From: Eledone cirrhosa
Lineage: Eukaryota
Direction of reading: 5' to 3'
Assembly: GCA_964016885.1 (NCBI GenBank)
Contig: OZ024740.1
Coordinates: forward strand, 203,670,001-203,734,000
DNA length: 64,000 nt
In this document: positions 37,801-52,800 of the stretch, piece by piece
Layout: each line of letters starts with the position of its first letter
Position numbering within the stretch: position 1 is the first letter of the stretch
Notes under the pieces: generated by a model
The model's database searches: none
Told to the model about the DNA's origin: nothing
The model's input: the letters and a program-made list of their open reading frames with translations, nothing else
Program-made: the position numbers and the translations under genes

Positions 37801-40800
37801 GTTTCTTACCTGACTATATATTGGTGTTTCTTAACTGGCTATATATTGGTGCTTCTTACCTGGCTATATATTGGAGTTTCTTACCTGGCTATATATTGGT
37901 ATGTTGCTTACCTGGCTTTATATTGGTGTTTCTTACCTGGCTATATATTGGTGTTTCTTACCTGGCTATATATTGGTATGTTGCTTACCTGGCTATATAT
38001 TGGTGTATTTATTACCTGGCTATATATTGGTGTTTCTTACCAGGCTCCTGGCTATATATTGGTGTTTCTTACCAGGTTATATATTGGTGCTTCTTACCTG
38101 GCTATATATTGGAGTTTCTTACCTGGCTATATATTGGTATGTTGCTTACCTGGCTTTATATTGGTGTTTCTTACCTGGCTATATATTGGTGTTTCTTACC
38201 TGGCTATATATTGGTATGTTGCTTACCTGGCTATATATTGGTGTATTTATTACCTGGCTATATATTGGTGTTTCTTACCTGGCTATATATTGGTGTGTTT
38301 CTTACCTGGCAATATATTTGTATGTTTCTTTCCTGGCTATATATTGGTGTGTTTCTTACCTGGCTATATATTGGTATGTTTCTTACCTGGCTATATATTG
38401 GTGTTTCTTACCTGGCTCTATATTGATGTGTTTCTTACCTGGCTATATATTGTATGTTTCTTACCTGGCTATATATTGGTATGTTTCTTACCAGGCTATA
38501 TATTGGTGTTTCTTACCTGGTTATATATTGGTATGTTTCTTACCTGGCTATATATTGGTATGTTTCTTACCTGGCTATATATTGCTATGTTTCTTACCTG
38601 GCTATATATTGGTATGTTTCTTACCTGGTTATATATTGGTGTGTTTTTTACCTGGCTATATATTGGTGTGTTTCTTACCTGGCTATATATTGGTGTGTTT
38701 CTTACCTGGCTATATATTGGTTCTTTTTTTACCTGGCTATATATTGGTGTTACTTACCTGGCTATATATTGATGTGTTTTTTACCTGGCTATATATTGGT
38801 GTGTTTCTTACCTGGCTATATATTGGTGTTTCTTACCTGACTATATATTGGTATGTTTCTTACCTGGCTATATATTGGTGTGTTTCTTACCTGGCTATAT
38901 ATTGGTGTGTTTCTTACCTGGCTATATATTGGTGTTTCTTACCTGGCTATATATTAGTATGTTTCTTACCTGGCTATATATTGGTGTGTTTTTTACCTGG
39001 CTATATATTGGTGTTTCTTACCTGGCTATATATTGGTGTGTTTTTTACCTGGCTATATTTTGGTGTGTTTCTTACCTGGCTATATATTGGTGTTTCTTAC
39101 CTGGCTATATATTGGTATGTTTCTTACCTGGCTATATATTGGTGTGCTTTTTACCTGGCTATATATTGGTGTTTCTTACCTGGCTATATATTGGTGTGTT
39201 TTTTACCTGGCTATATATTGGTGTGTTTCTTACCTGGCTATATATTGTTGTTTCTTACCTGGCTATATATTGGTATGTTTCTTACCTGGCTATATATTGG
39301 TGTGTTTCTTACCTGGCTATATATTGGTGTGTTTCTTACCTGGCTATATATTGGTGTTTCTTACCTGGCTATATATTGGTATGTTTCTTACCTGGCTATA
39401 TATTGGTGTGTTTTTTACCTGGCTATATATTGGTGTTTCTTACCTGGCTATATATTGGTGTGTTTTTTACCTGGCTATATATTGGTGTGTTTCTTACCTG
39501 GCTATATATTGGTGTGTTTCTTACCTGGCTATATATTGGTGTTTCTTACCTGGCTATATATTGGTATGTATCTTACCTGGCTATATATTGGTGTGTTTTT
39601 TACCTGGCTATATATTGGTGTGTTTCTTACCTGGCTATATATTGGTGTTTCTTACCAGGCTCCTGGCTATATATTGGTGTTTCTTACCAGGTTATATATT
39701 GGTGCTTCTTACCTGGCTATATATTGGAGTTTCTTACCTGGCTATATATTGGTATGTTGCTTACCTGGCTTTATATTGGTTTTTCTTACCTGGCTATATA
39801 TTGGTGTTTCTTACCTGGCTATATATTGGTATGTTGCTTACCTGGCTATATATTGGTGTATTTATTACCTGGCTATATATTGGTGTTTCTTACCTGGCTA
39901 TATATTGGTATGTTTCTTACGTGGCTATATATTGGTGTTTCTTACCTGGCTCTATATTGATGTGTTTCTTACCTGGCTATATATTGGTATACTTCTCACC
40001 TGGCTATACATTGGTGTGTTTTTCACCTGGCTATATATTGGTATGTTTCTTACCTGGCTATATATTGGTATGTTTCTTACCTGGCTATATATTGGTGTGT
40101 TTCTTACCTGGCTATATATAGGTGTGTTTCTTACCTGGCTATATATTGGTGTGTTTCTTACCTGGCTATATATTGGTGTTCTTTACCTGGCTATATATAT
40201 TGGTATGTTTCTTACCTGGCTATATATTGGTATGTTTCTTACCTGCCTATATATTGGTGTTTCTTACCTGGCTATATATTTGTGTGTTTTTTACCTGGCT
40301 ATATATTGGTGTTTCTTATCTGGCTATATATTGGTATGTTTCTTACCTGGCTATATATTGGTATTGCTTACCTGGCTATATATTGGTGTTTCTTACCTGG
40401 CTATATATTGGTGTTTCTTACCTGGATATATATTGGTGTTTCTTACCTGGCTATATATTGGTATGTTGCTTACCTGGCTATATATTGGTGTATTTATTAC
40501 CTGGATATATATTGGTATGTTTCTTACCTGGCTATATATTGTTGTGTTTCTTACCTGGCTATATATTGGTGTTTTTTACCTGGCTATATATTGGTGCTTC
40601 TTACCTGGCTATATATTGGAGTTTCCTACCTGGCTATATATTGGTGTGTTTCTTACCTGGCTATATATTGGTGCTTCTTACCTGGCTATATATTGGAGTT
40701 TCTTACCTGGCTATATATTGGTATTTTTCTTACCTGACTATATATTGGTGTTTCTTACCTGGCTATATATTGGTGTTTCTTACCTGGCTATATATTGGTG

Positions 40801-43800
40801 TTTCTTACCTGGCTATATATTGGTATATGCTTACCTGGCTATATATTGGTGTGTTTCTTACCTGGCTATATATTGGTATTGCTTACCTGGCTATATATTG
40901 CTATGTTTCTTACCTAGCTATATATTGGTGTTTCCTACCTGGCTATATATTGGTGCTTCTTACCTGGCTATATATTGGTGTGTTTCTTACCTGGCTATAT
41001 ATTGGTGTTTCTTACCTGGCTATATATTGGTGTTTCTTACCTGGCTATATATTGGTATGTTTCTTACCTGGCTATATATTGGTATGTTTCTTACCTGGCT
41101 ATATATTGGTTTTTCTGACCTGGCTCTATATTGATGTGTTTTTTACCTGGCTATATTTTGGTGTGTTTCTTACCTGGCTATATATTAGTGTGTTTCTTAC
41201 CTGGCTATATATTGGTGTGTTTCTTACCTGGCTATATATTGGTATGTTTCTTACCTGGCTATATATTGGTGTGTTTCTTACCTGGCTATATATTGGTGTT
41301 TCTTACCTGGCTATATATTGGTATGTTTCTTACCTGGCTATATATTGGTGTGTTTCTTACCTGGCTATATATTGGTGTTTCTTACCTGGCTATATATTGA
41401 TGTGTTTCTTACCTGGCTATATATTGGTGTTTCTTACCTGGCTATATATTGGTGTGTTTTTTACCTGGCTATATTTTGGTGTGTTTCTTACCTGGCTATA
41501 TATTGGTATGTTTCTTACCTGGCTATATATTGGTGTGTTTCTTACCTGGCTATATATTGGTATGTTTCTTACCTGGCTATATATTGGTATGTTTCTTACC
41601 TGGCTATATATTGGTGTTTCTTAACTGGCTATATATTGGTATGTGTCTTACCTGGCTATATATTGGTATGTTTCTTACCTGGCTATATATTGGTGTTTCT
41701 TACCTGGCTATATATTGGTATGTTTCTTACCTGGCTATATATTGGTGTTTCTTACCTGGCTATATATTGGTGTGTTTCTTACCTGGCTATATATTGGTGT
41801 GTTTCTTACCTGGGTATATATTAGTGTGTTTCTTACCTGGCTATATACTGGTGTTTCTTACCTGGCTATATATTGGTGTGTTTCTTACCTGGCTATATAT
41901 TGGTATGTTTCTTACCTGGCTATATATTGGTGTTTCTTACCTGGCTATATATTGATGTGTTTCTTACCTGGCTATATATTGGTGTGTTTCTTACCTGGCT
42001 ATATATTGGTATGTTTCTTACCTGGTTATATATTGGTGTTTCGTACCTGGCTATATATTGGTGTTTCTTACCTGACTATATATTGGGGTTTCTTAACTGG
42101 CTATATATTGGTATGTTTCTTACCTGGCTATATATTGGTGTTTCTTACCTGGCTATATATTGGTATGTTTCTTACCTCGCTATATATTGGTATGTTTCTT
42201 ACCTGACTATATATTGGTGTTTCTTACCTGGCTATATATTCGTCTTTCTTACCTGGCTATATATTGGTATGTTTCTTACCTGGCTATATATTGGTGTTTC
42301 TTACCTGGCTCTATATTGATGTGTTTATTACCTGGCTATATATTGGTGTTTCTCACCTGGCTATATATTGGTGTTCTTTACCTGGCTATATATATTGGTA
42401 TGTTTCTTACCTGGCTATATATTGGTATGCTTCTTACCTGGCTATATATTGGTGTTTCTTTCCTGGCTATATATTGTTGTTTCTTACCTGGCTATATATT
42501 GGTATGTTTCTTACCTGGCTATATATTGGTATGTTTCTTACCTGGCCATATATTGGTGTTTCCTACCTGGCTATATTTTGGTATGTTTCTTACCTGGCTA
42601 TATATTGCTATGTTTCTTACCGGGCTATATATTGGTGTTTCTTACCTGGCTATATATTGGTGTTTCTTACCTGGCTCTATATTGATGTGTTTCTTTCCTG
42701 GCTATATATTGGTATGCTTCTCACCTGGCAATATATTGGTGTGTTATTTACCTGGCTATATATTGGTATGTTTCTTACCTGGCTATATATTGGTGTTTCT
42801 TACCTGGCTATATATTGATGTGTTTCTTACCTGGCTATATATTGGTGTGTTTCTTACCTGGCTATATATTGGTGTGTTTCTTACCTGACTATATATTGGT
42901 GTGTTTCTTACCTGGCTATATATTGGTGTTCTTTACCTGGCTATATATATTGGTATGTTTCTTACCTGGCTATATATTGGTACGTTTCTTACTTGGCTAT
43001 ATATTGGTGTGTTTATTACCTGGGTATATATTGGTGTATTTCTTACCTGGCTATATATTGGTATGTTTCTTACCTGGCTATATATTGGTGTTTCTTACCT
43101 GGCAATATGTTGGTGTTTCTTACCTGGCTATATATTGGTATGTTTCTTACCTGGCTATATATTGGTGTTTCTTACCTGGCTATATATTGGTGCTTCTTAC
43201 CTGGCTATATATTGTAGCTTCTTACCAGGCTATATATTGGTATTTTTCTTACCTGACTATATATTGGTGTTTCTTACCTGGCTATATATTGGTGTTTCTT
43301 ACCTGGCTATATATTGGTATGTTGCTTACCTGGCTATATATTGGTGCTTCTTACCTGGCTATATATTGGTGTGTTTCTTAACTGGCTATATATTGGTATG
43401 TTTATTACCTGGCTATATATTGGTATGTTTCTTACCTGGCTATATATTGGTGTGTTTCTGATCTGGCTCTATATTTATGTGTTTCTTACCTGGCTATATA
43501 TTGGTATTGCTTACCTGGCTATATATTGGTGTTTCTTACCTGGCTATATATTGGTGTTTCTTACCTGGCTATATAATGGTATGTTTCTTACCTGGCTATA
43601 TATTGGTGTGTTTTTTACCTGCCTATATTTTGGTGTGTTTCTTACCTGACTATATATTGGTATGTTTCTTACCTGGCTATATATTGGTGTGTTTCTTACC
43701 TGGCTATATATTGGTGTTTCTTACCTGGCTATATATTGGTGTTTCTTACCTGGCTATATATTGGTGTTTCTTACCTGGCTATATACTGGTATGTTTCTTA

Positions 43801-46800
43801 CCTGGCTATATATTGGTGTGTTTTTCACCTGCCTATATTTTGGTGTGTTTCTTACCTGGCTATATATTGGTATGTTTCTTACCTAGCTATATATTGGTAT
43901 GTTTCTTACCTGGCTATATATTGGTATGTTTCTTACCTGGCTATATATTGGTGTTTCTTACCTGGCTATATATTGGTATGTTTCTTACCTGGCTATATAT
44001 TGGTATGTTTCTTACCTGGCTATATATTGGTGTTTCTTACCTGGCTATATATTGGTATGTTTCTTACCTGGCTATATATTGGTGTTTCTTACCTGGCTAT
44101 ATATTGGTGTGTTTCTTACCTGGCTATATATTGGTGTGTTTCTTACCTGGGTATATGTTAGTGTGTTTCTTACCTGGCTATATATTGGTGTTCCTTACCT
44201 GGCTATATATTGGTATGTTTCTTACCTGGCTATATATTGGTGTTTCTTACCTGGCTATATATTGGTGTGTTTCTTACCTGGCTATATATTGGTGTGTTTC
44301 TTACCTGGCTATATATTGGTGTTTCTTACCTGGCTATATATTGGTGTGTTTCTTACCTGGCTATATATTGGTATGTTTCTTACCTGGCTATATATTGGTG
44401 TGTTTCTTACCTGGCTATATATTGGTGTTTCTTACCTGGCTATATATTGATGTGTTTCTTACCTGGCTATATATTGGTGTTTCTTACCTGGCTATATATT
44501 GGTGTGTTTTTTACCTGGCTATATTCTGGTGTGTTTCTTACCTGGCTATATATTGGTATGTTTCTTACCTGGCTATATATTGGTGTTTCTTAACTGGCTA
44601 TATATTGGTATGTTTCTTACCTGGCTATATATTGGTATGTTTCATACCTGACTATATATTGGTGTTTCTTACATGGATATATATTGGTATGTTTCTTACC
44701 TGGATATATATTGGTATGTTTCTTACCTGGGTATATATTGGTGTTTCTTACCTGGCTATATATTGGTGTGTTTCTTACCTGGCTATATATTGGTGTGTTT
44801 CTTACCTGGGTATATATTAGTGTGTTTCTTACCTGGCTATATACTGTGGTTTCTTACCTGATTATATATTGGTATGTTTCTTACCTGGCTATATATTGGC
44901 GTGTTTCTTACCTGGCTATATATTGGTATGTTTCTTACCTGGTTATATATTGGTGTTTCGTACCTGGCTATATATTGGTGTTTCTTACCTGACTATATAT
45001 TGGTGTTTCTTACCTCGCTATATATTGGTATGTTTCTTACCTGGCTATATATTGGTATGTTTCTTACCTCGCTATATATTGGTATGTTCCTTACCTGACT
45101 ATATATTGGTGTTTCTTACCTGGCTATATATTCGTGTTTCTTACCTGGCTATATATTGGTATGTTTCTTACCTGGCTATATATTGGTGTTTCTTACCTGG
45201 CTCTATATTGATGTGTTTATTACCTGGCTATTTACATTGGTATGTTTCTTACCTGGCTATATATTGGTATGCTTCTTACCTGGCTATATATTGGTGTTTC
45301 TTACCTGGCTATATATATTGTTATGTTTCTTACCTGGCTATATATTAGTATGTTTCTTACCTGGCTATATATTGGTGTTTCTTACCTGGCTATATATATT
45401 GGTATGTTTCTTACCTGGCTATATATTGGTATGTTTCTTACCTGGCCATATATTGGTGTATCCTACTTGGCTATATTTTGGTATGTTTCTTACCTGGCTA
45501 TATATTGCTATGTTTCTTACCTGGCTATATATTGGTGTTTCTTACCTGGCTATATATTGGTATGTTTCTTACCTCGCTATATATTGGTATGTTTCTTACC
45601 TGACTATATATTGGTGTTTCTTACCTGGCTATATATTCGTCTTTCTTACCTGGCTATATATTGGTATGTTTCTTACCTGGCTATATATTGGTGTTTCTTA
45701 CCTGGCTCTATATTGATGTGTTTATTACCTGGCTATATATTGGTGTTTCTCACCTGGCTATATATTGGTGTTCTTTACCTGGCTATATATATTGGTATGT
45801 TTCTTACCTGGCTATATATTGGTATGCTTCTTACCTGGCTATATATTGGTGTTTCTTTCCTGGCTATATATTGTTGTTTCTTACCTGGCTATATATTGGT
45901 ATGTTTCTTACCTGGCTATATATTGGTATGTTTCTTACCTGGCTATATATTGGTATGCTTCTCACCTGGCAATATATTGGTGTGTTATTTACCTGGCTAT
46001 ATATTGGTATGTTTCTTACCTGGCTATATATTGGTGTTTCTTACCTGGCTATATATTGATGTGTTTCTTACCTGGCTATATATTGGTGTGTTTCTTACCT
46101 GGCTATATATTGGTGTGTTTCTTACCTGACTATATATTGGTGTGTTTCTTACCTGGCTATATATTGGTGTTCTTTACCTGGCTATATATATTGGTATGTT
46201 TCTTACCTGGCTATATATTGGTACGTTTCTTACTTGGCTATATATTGGTGTGTTTATTACCTGGGTATATATTGGTGTATTTCTTACCTGGCTATATATT
46301 GGTATGTTTCTTACCTGGCTATATATTGGTGTTTCTTACCTGGCAATATGTTGGTGTTTCTTACCTGGCTATATATTGGTATGTTTCTTACCTGGCTATA
46401 TATTGGTGTTTCTTACCTGGCTATATATTGGTGCTTCTTACCTGGCTATATATTGTAGCTTCTTACCAGGCTATATATTGGTATTTTTCTTACCTGACTA
46501 TATATTGGTGTTTCTTACCTGGCTATATATTGGTGTTTCTTACCTCGCTATATATTGGTATGTTTCTTACCTGGCTATATATTGGTATGTTGCTTACCTG
46601 GCTATATATTGGTGCTTCTTACCTGGCTATATATTGGTGTGTTTCTTAACTGGCTATATATTGGTATGTTTATTACCTGGCTATATATTGGTATGTTTCT
46701 TACCTGGCTATATATTGGTGTGTTTCTGATCTGGCTCTATATTTATGTGTTTCTTACCTGGCTATATATTGGTATTGCTTACCTGGCTATATATTGGTGT

Positions 46801-49800
46801 TTCTTACCTGGCTATATATTGGTGTTTCTTACCTGGCTATATAATGGTATGTTTCTTACCTGGCTATATATTGGTGTGTTTTTTACCTGCCTATATTTTG
46901 GTGTGTTTCTTACCTGACTATATATTGGTATGTTTCTTACCTGGCTATATATTGGTGTGTTTCTTACCTGGCTATATATTGGTGTTTCTTACCTGGCTAT
47001 ATATTGGTGTTTCTTACCTGGCTATATATTGGTGTTTCTTACCTGGCTATATACTGGTATGTTTCTTACCTGGCTATATATTGGTGTGTTTTTCACCTGC
47101 CTATATTTTGGTGTGTTTCTTACCTGGCTATATATTGGTATGTTTCTTACCTAGCTATATATTGGTATGTTTCTTACCTGGCTATATATTGGTATGTTTC
47201 TTACCTGGCTATATATTGGTGTTTCTTACCTGGCTATATATTGGTATGTTTCTTACCTGGCTATATATTGGTATGTTTCTTACCTGGCTATATATTGGTG
47301 TTTCTTACCTGGCTATATATTGGTATGTTTCTTACCTGGCTATATATTGGTGTTTCTTACCTGGCTATATATTGGTGTGTTTCTTACCTGGCTATATATT
47401 GGTGTGTTTCTTACCTGGGTATATGTTAGTGTGTTTCTTACCTGGCTATATATTGGTGTTCCTTACCTGGCTATATATTGGTATGTTTCTTACCTGGCTA
47501 TATATTGGTGTTTCTTACCTGGCTATATATTGGTGTGTTTCTTACCTGGCTATATATTGGTGTGTTTCTTACCTGGCTATATATTGGTGTTTCTTACCTG
47601 GCTATATATTGGTGTGTTTCTTACCTGGCTATATATTGGTATGTTTCTTACCTGGCTATATATTGGTGTGTTTCTTACCTGGCTATATATTGGTGTTTCT
47701 TACCTGGCTATATATTGATGTGTTTCTTACCTGGCTATATATTGGTGTTTCTTACCTGGCTATATATTGGTGTGTTTTTTACCTGGCTATATTCTGGTGT
47801 GTTTCTTACCTGGCTATATATTGGTATGTTTCTTACCTGGCTATATATTGGTGTTTCTTAACTGGCTATATATTGGTATGTTTCTTACCTGGCTATATAT
47901 TGGTATGTTTCATACCTGACTATATATTGGTGTTTCTTACATGGATATATATTGGTATGTTTCTTACCTGGCTATATATTGGTATGTTTCTTACCTGGCT
48001 ATATATTGGTGTTTCTTACCTGGCTATATATTGGTGTGTTTCTTACCTGGCTATATATTGGTGTGTTTCTTACCTGGGTATATATTAGTGTGTTTCTTAC
48101 CTGGCTATATACTGTGGTTTCTTACCTGATTATATATTGGTATGTTTCTTACCTGGCTATATATTGGCGTGTTTCTTACCTGGCTATATATTGGTATGTT
48201 TCTTACCTGGTTATATATTGGTGTTTCGTACCTGGCTATATATTGGTGTTTCTTACCTGACTATATATTGGTGTTTCTTACCTCGCTATATATTGGTATG
48301 TTTCTTACCTGGCTATATATTGGTATGTTTCTTACCTCGCTATATATTGGTATGTTCCTTACCTGACTATATATTGGTGTTTCTTACCTGGCTATATATT
48401 CGTGTTTCTTACCTGGCTATATATTGGTATGTTTCTTACCTGGCTATATATTGGTGTTTCTTACCTGGCTCTATATTGATGTGTTTATTACCTGGCTATT
48501 TACATTGGTATGTTTCTTACCTGGCTATATATTGGTATGCTTCTTACCTGGCTATATATTGGTGTTTCTTACCTGGCTATATATATTGTTATGTTTCTTA
48601 CCTGGCTATATATTAGTATGTTTCTTACCTGGCTATATATTGGTGTTTCTTACCTGGCTATATATATTGGTATGTTTCTTACCTGGCTATATATTGGTAT
48701 GTTTCTTACCTGGCCATATATTGGTGTATCCTACTTGGCTATATTTTGGTATGTTTCTTACCTGGCTATATATTGCTATGTTTCTTACCTGGCTATATAT
48801 TGGTGTTTCTTACCTGGCTATATATTGGTGTTTCTTACCTGGCTCTATATTGATGTGTTTCTTTCCTGGCTATATATTGGTATGCTTCTCACCTGGCTAT
48901 ATATTGGTGTGTTATTTACCTAGCTATATATTGGTATGTTTCTTACCTGGCTATAGATTGGTGTTTCTTGCCTGGCTATATATTGATGTGTTTCTTACCT
49001 GGCTATATATTGGTGCGTTTCTTACCTGGCTATATATTGGTGTGTTTCTTACCTGGCGATATATTGGTGTGTTTCTTACCTGACTATATATTGGTGTGTT
49101 TCTTACCTGGCTATATATTGGTGTTCTTTACCTGGCTATATATATTGGTATGTTTCTTACTTGGCTATATATTGGTGTGTCTATTACCTGGGTATATATT
49201 GGTGTGTTTCTTACCTGGCTATATATTGGTATGTTTCTTACCTGGCTATATATTGGTGTTTCTTACCTGGCTATATGTTGGTGTTTCTTACCTGGCTATA
49301 TATTGGTATGTTTCTTATCTGGCTATATATTGGTGTTTCTTACATGGCTATATATTGGTGCTTCTTACCTGGCTATATATTGTAGCTTCTTACCTGGCTA
49401 TATATTGTTATTTTACTTACCTGACTATATATTGGTGTTTCTTACCTGGCTATATATTGGTGTTTCTTACCTGGCTATATATTGGTATGTTGCTTACCTG
49501 GCTATATATTGGTGCTTCTTACCTGGCTATATATTGGTGTGTTTCTTACCTTGCTATATATTGGTATGTTTCTTACCTGGCTATATATTGGTATGTTTCT
49601 TACCTGGCTATATATTGGTGTGTTTTTGATCTGGCTCTATATTGATGTGTTTCTTACCTGGCTATATATTGGTATTGCTTACCTGGCTATATATTGGTGT
49701 TTCTTACCTGGCTATATATTGGTGTTTCTTACCTGCCTATATTCTGGTGTGTTTCTTACCTGGCTATATATTGGTGTGTTTCATACCTGGCTATATATTG

Positions 49801-52800
49801 GTGTTTCTTACCTGGCTATATATTGGTGTTTCTTACCTGGCTATATATTCGTGTTTCTTACCTGGCTATGTTTCTTACCTGGCTATATATTGGTGTGTTT
49901 TTTACCTGCCTATATTTTGGTGTGTTTCTTACCTGGCTATATATTGGTATGTTTCTTACCTAGCTATATATTGGTATGTTTCTTACCTGGCTATATATTG
50001 GTATGTTTCTTACCTGGCTATATATTGGTGTTTCTTACCTGGCTATATATTGGTATGTTTCTTACCTGGCTATATATTGGTATGTTTCTTACCTGGCTAT
50101 ATATTGGTGTTTCTTACCTGGCTATATATTGGTATGTTTCTTACCTGGCTATATATTGGTGTTTCTTACCTGGCTATATATTGGTGTGTTTCTTTACTGG
50201 CTATATATTGGTGTGTTTCTTACCTGGGTATATGTTAGTGTGTTTCTTACCTGGCTATATATTGGTGTTCCTTACCTGGCTATATATTGGTATGTTTCTT
50301 ACCTGGCTATATATTGGTGTTTCTTACCTGGCTATATATTGGTGTGTTTCTTACCTGGCTATATATTGGTGTGTTTCTTACCTGGCTATATATTGGTGTT
50401 TCTTACCTGGCTATATATTGGTGTTTCTTACCTGGCTATATATTGGTGTGTTTCTTACCTGGCTATATATTGGTGTGTTTCTTACCTGGGTATATATTAG
50501 TGTGTTTCTTACTTGGCTATATACTGGTGTTTCTTACCTGACTATATATTGGTATGTTTCTTACATGGCTATATATTGGTGTGTTTCTTACCTGGCTATA
50601 TATTGGTATGTTTCTTACCTGGTTATATATTGGTGTTTCGTACCTGGCTATATATTGGTGTTTCTTACCTGACTATATATTGGTGTTTCTTACCTCGCTA
50701 TATATTGGTATGTTTCTTACCTGGCTATATATTGGTATGTTTCTTACCTCGCTATATATTGGTATGTTTCTTACCTGACTATATATTGGTGTTTCTTACC
50801 TGGCTATATATTCGTGTTTCTTACCTGGCTATATATTGGTATGTTTCTGACCTGGCTACATATTGGTGTTTCTTACCTGGCTCTATATTGATGTGTTTAT
50901 TACCTGGCTATATATATTGGTATGTTTCTTACCTGGCTATATATTGGTATGCTTCCTACCTGGCTATATATTGGTGTTTCTTACCTGGCTATATATTGTT
51001 ATGTTTCTTACCTGGCTATATATTAGTATGTTTCTTACCTGGCTATATATTGGTGTTTCTTACCTGGCTATATATTGGTATGTTTCTTACCTGGCTATAT
51101 ATTGGTATGTTTCTTACCTGGCTATATATTGGTGTTTCTTACCTGGCTATATATTGGTGTTTCTTACCTGGCTCTATATTGATGTGTTTCTTTCCTGGCT
51201 ATATATTGGTATGCTTCTCACCTGGCTATATATTGGTGTGTTATTTACCTAGCTATATATTGGTATGTTTCTTACCTGGCTATAGATTGGTGTTTCTTGC
51301 CTGGCTATATATTGATGTGTTTCTTACCTGGCTATATATTGGTGCGTTTCTTACCTGGCTATATATTGGTGTGTTTCTTACCTGGCGATATATTGGTGTG
51401 TTTCTTACCTGACTATATATTGGTGTGTTTCTTACCTGGCTATATATTGGTGTTCTTTACCTGGCTATATATATTGGTATGTTTCTTACTTGGCTATATA
51501 TTGGTGTGTCTATTACCTGGGTATATATTGGTGTGTTTCTTACCTGGCTATATATTGGTATGTTTCTTACCTGGCTATATATTGGTGTTTCTTACCTGGC
51601 TATATGTTGGTGTTTCTTACCTGGCTATATATTGGTATGTTTCTTATCTGGCTATATATTGGTGTTTCTTACATGGCTATATATTGGTGCTTCTTACCTG
51701 GCTATATATTGTAGCTTCTTACCTGGCTATATATTGTTATTTTTCTTACCTGACTATATATTGGTGTTTCTTACCTGGCTATATATTGGTGTTTCTTACC
51801 TGGCTATATATTGGTATGTTGCTTACCTGGCTATATATTGGTGCTTCTTACCTGGCTATATATTGGTGTGTTTCTTACCTTGCTATATATTGGTATGTTT
51901 CTTACCTGGCTATATATTGGTATGTTTCTTACCTGGCTATATATTGGTGTGTTTTTGATCTGGCTCTATATTGATGTGTTTCTTACCTGGCTATATATTG
52001 GTATTGCTTACCTGGCTATATATTGGTGTTTCTTACCTGGCTATATATTGGTGTTTCTTACCTGCCTATATTCTGGTGTGTTTCTTACCTGGCTATATAT
52101 TGGTGTGTTTCTTACCTGGCTATATATTGGTGTTTCTTACCTGGCTATATATTGGTGTTTCTTACCTGGCTATATATTCGTGTTTCTTACCTGGCTATGT
52201 TTCTTACCTGGCTATATATTGGTGTGTTTTTTACCTGCCTATATTTTGGTGTGTTTCTTACCTGGCTATATATTGGTATGTTTCTTACCTAGCTATATAT
52301 TGGCATGTTTCTTACCTGGCTATATATTGGTATGTTTCTTACCTGGCTATATATTGGTGTTTCTTACCTGGCTATATATTGGTATGTTTCTTACCTGGCT
52401 ATATATTGGTATGTTTCTTACCTGGCTATATATTGGTGTTTCTTACCTGGCTATATATTGGTATGTTTCTTACCTGGCTATATATTGGTGTTTCTTACCT
52501 GGCTATATATTGGTGTGTTTCTTTACTGGCTATATATTGGTGTGTTTCTTACCTGGGTATATGTTAGTGTGTTTCTTACCTGGCTATATATTGGTGTTCC
52601 TTACCTGGCTATATATTGGTATGTTTCTTACCTGGCTATATATTGGTGTGTTTCTTACCTGGCTATATATTGGTGTTTCTTACCTGGCTATATATTGGTG
52701 TTTCTTACCTGGCTATATATTGGTGTGTTTCTTACCTGGCTATATATTGGTGTGTTTCTTACCTGGGTATATATTAGTGTGTTTCTTACTTGGCTATATA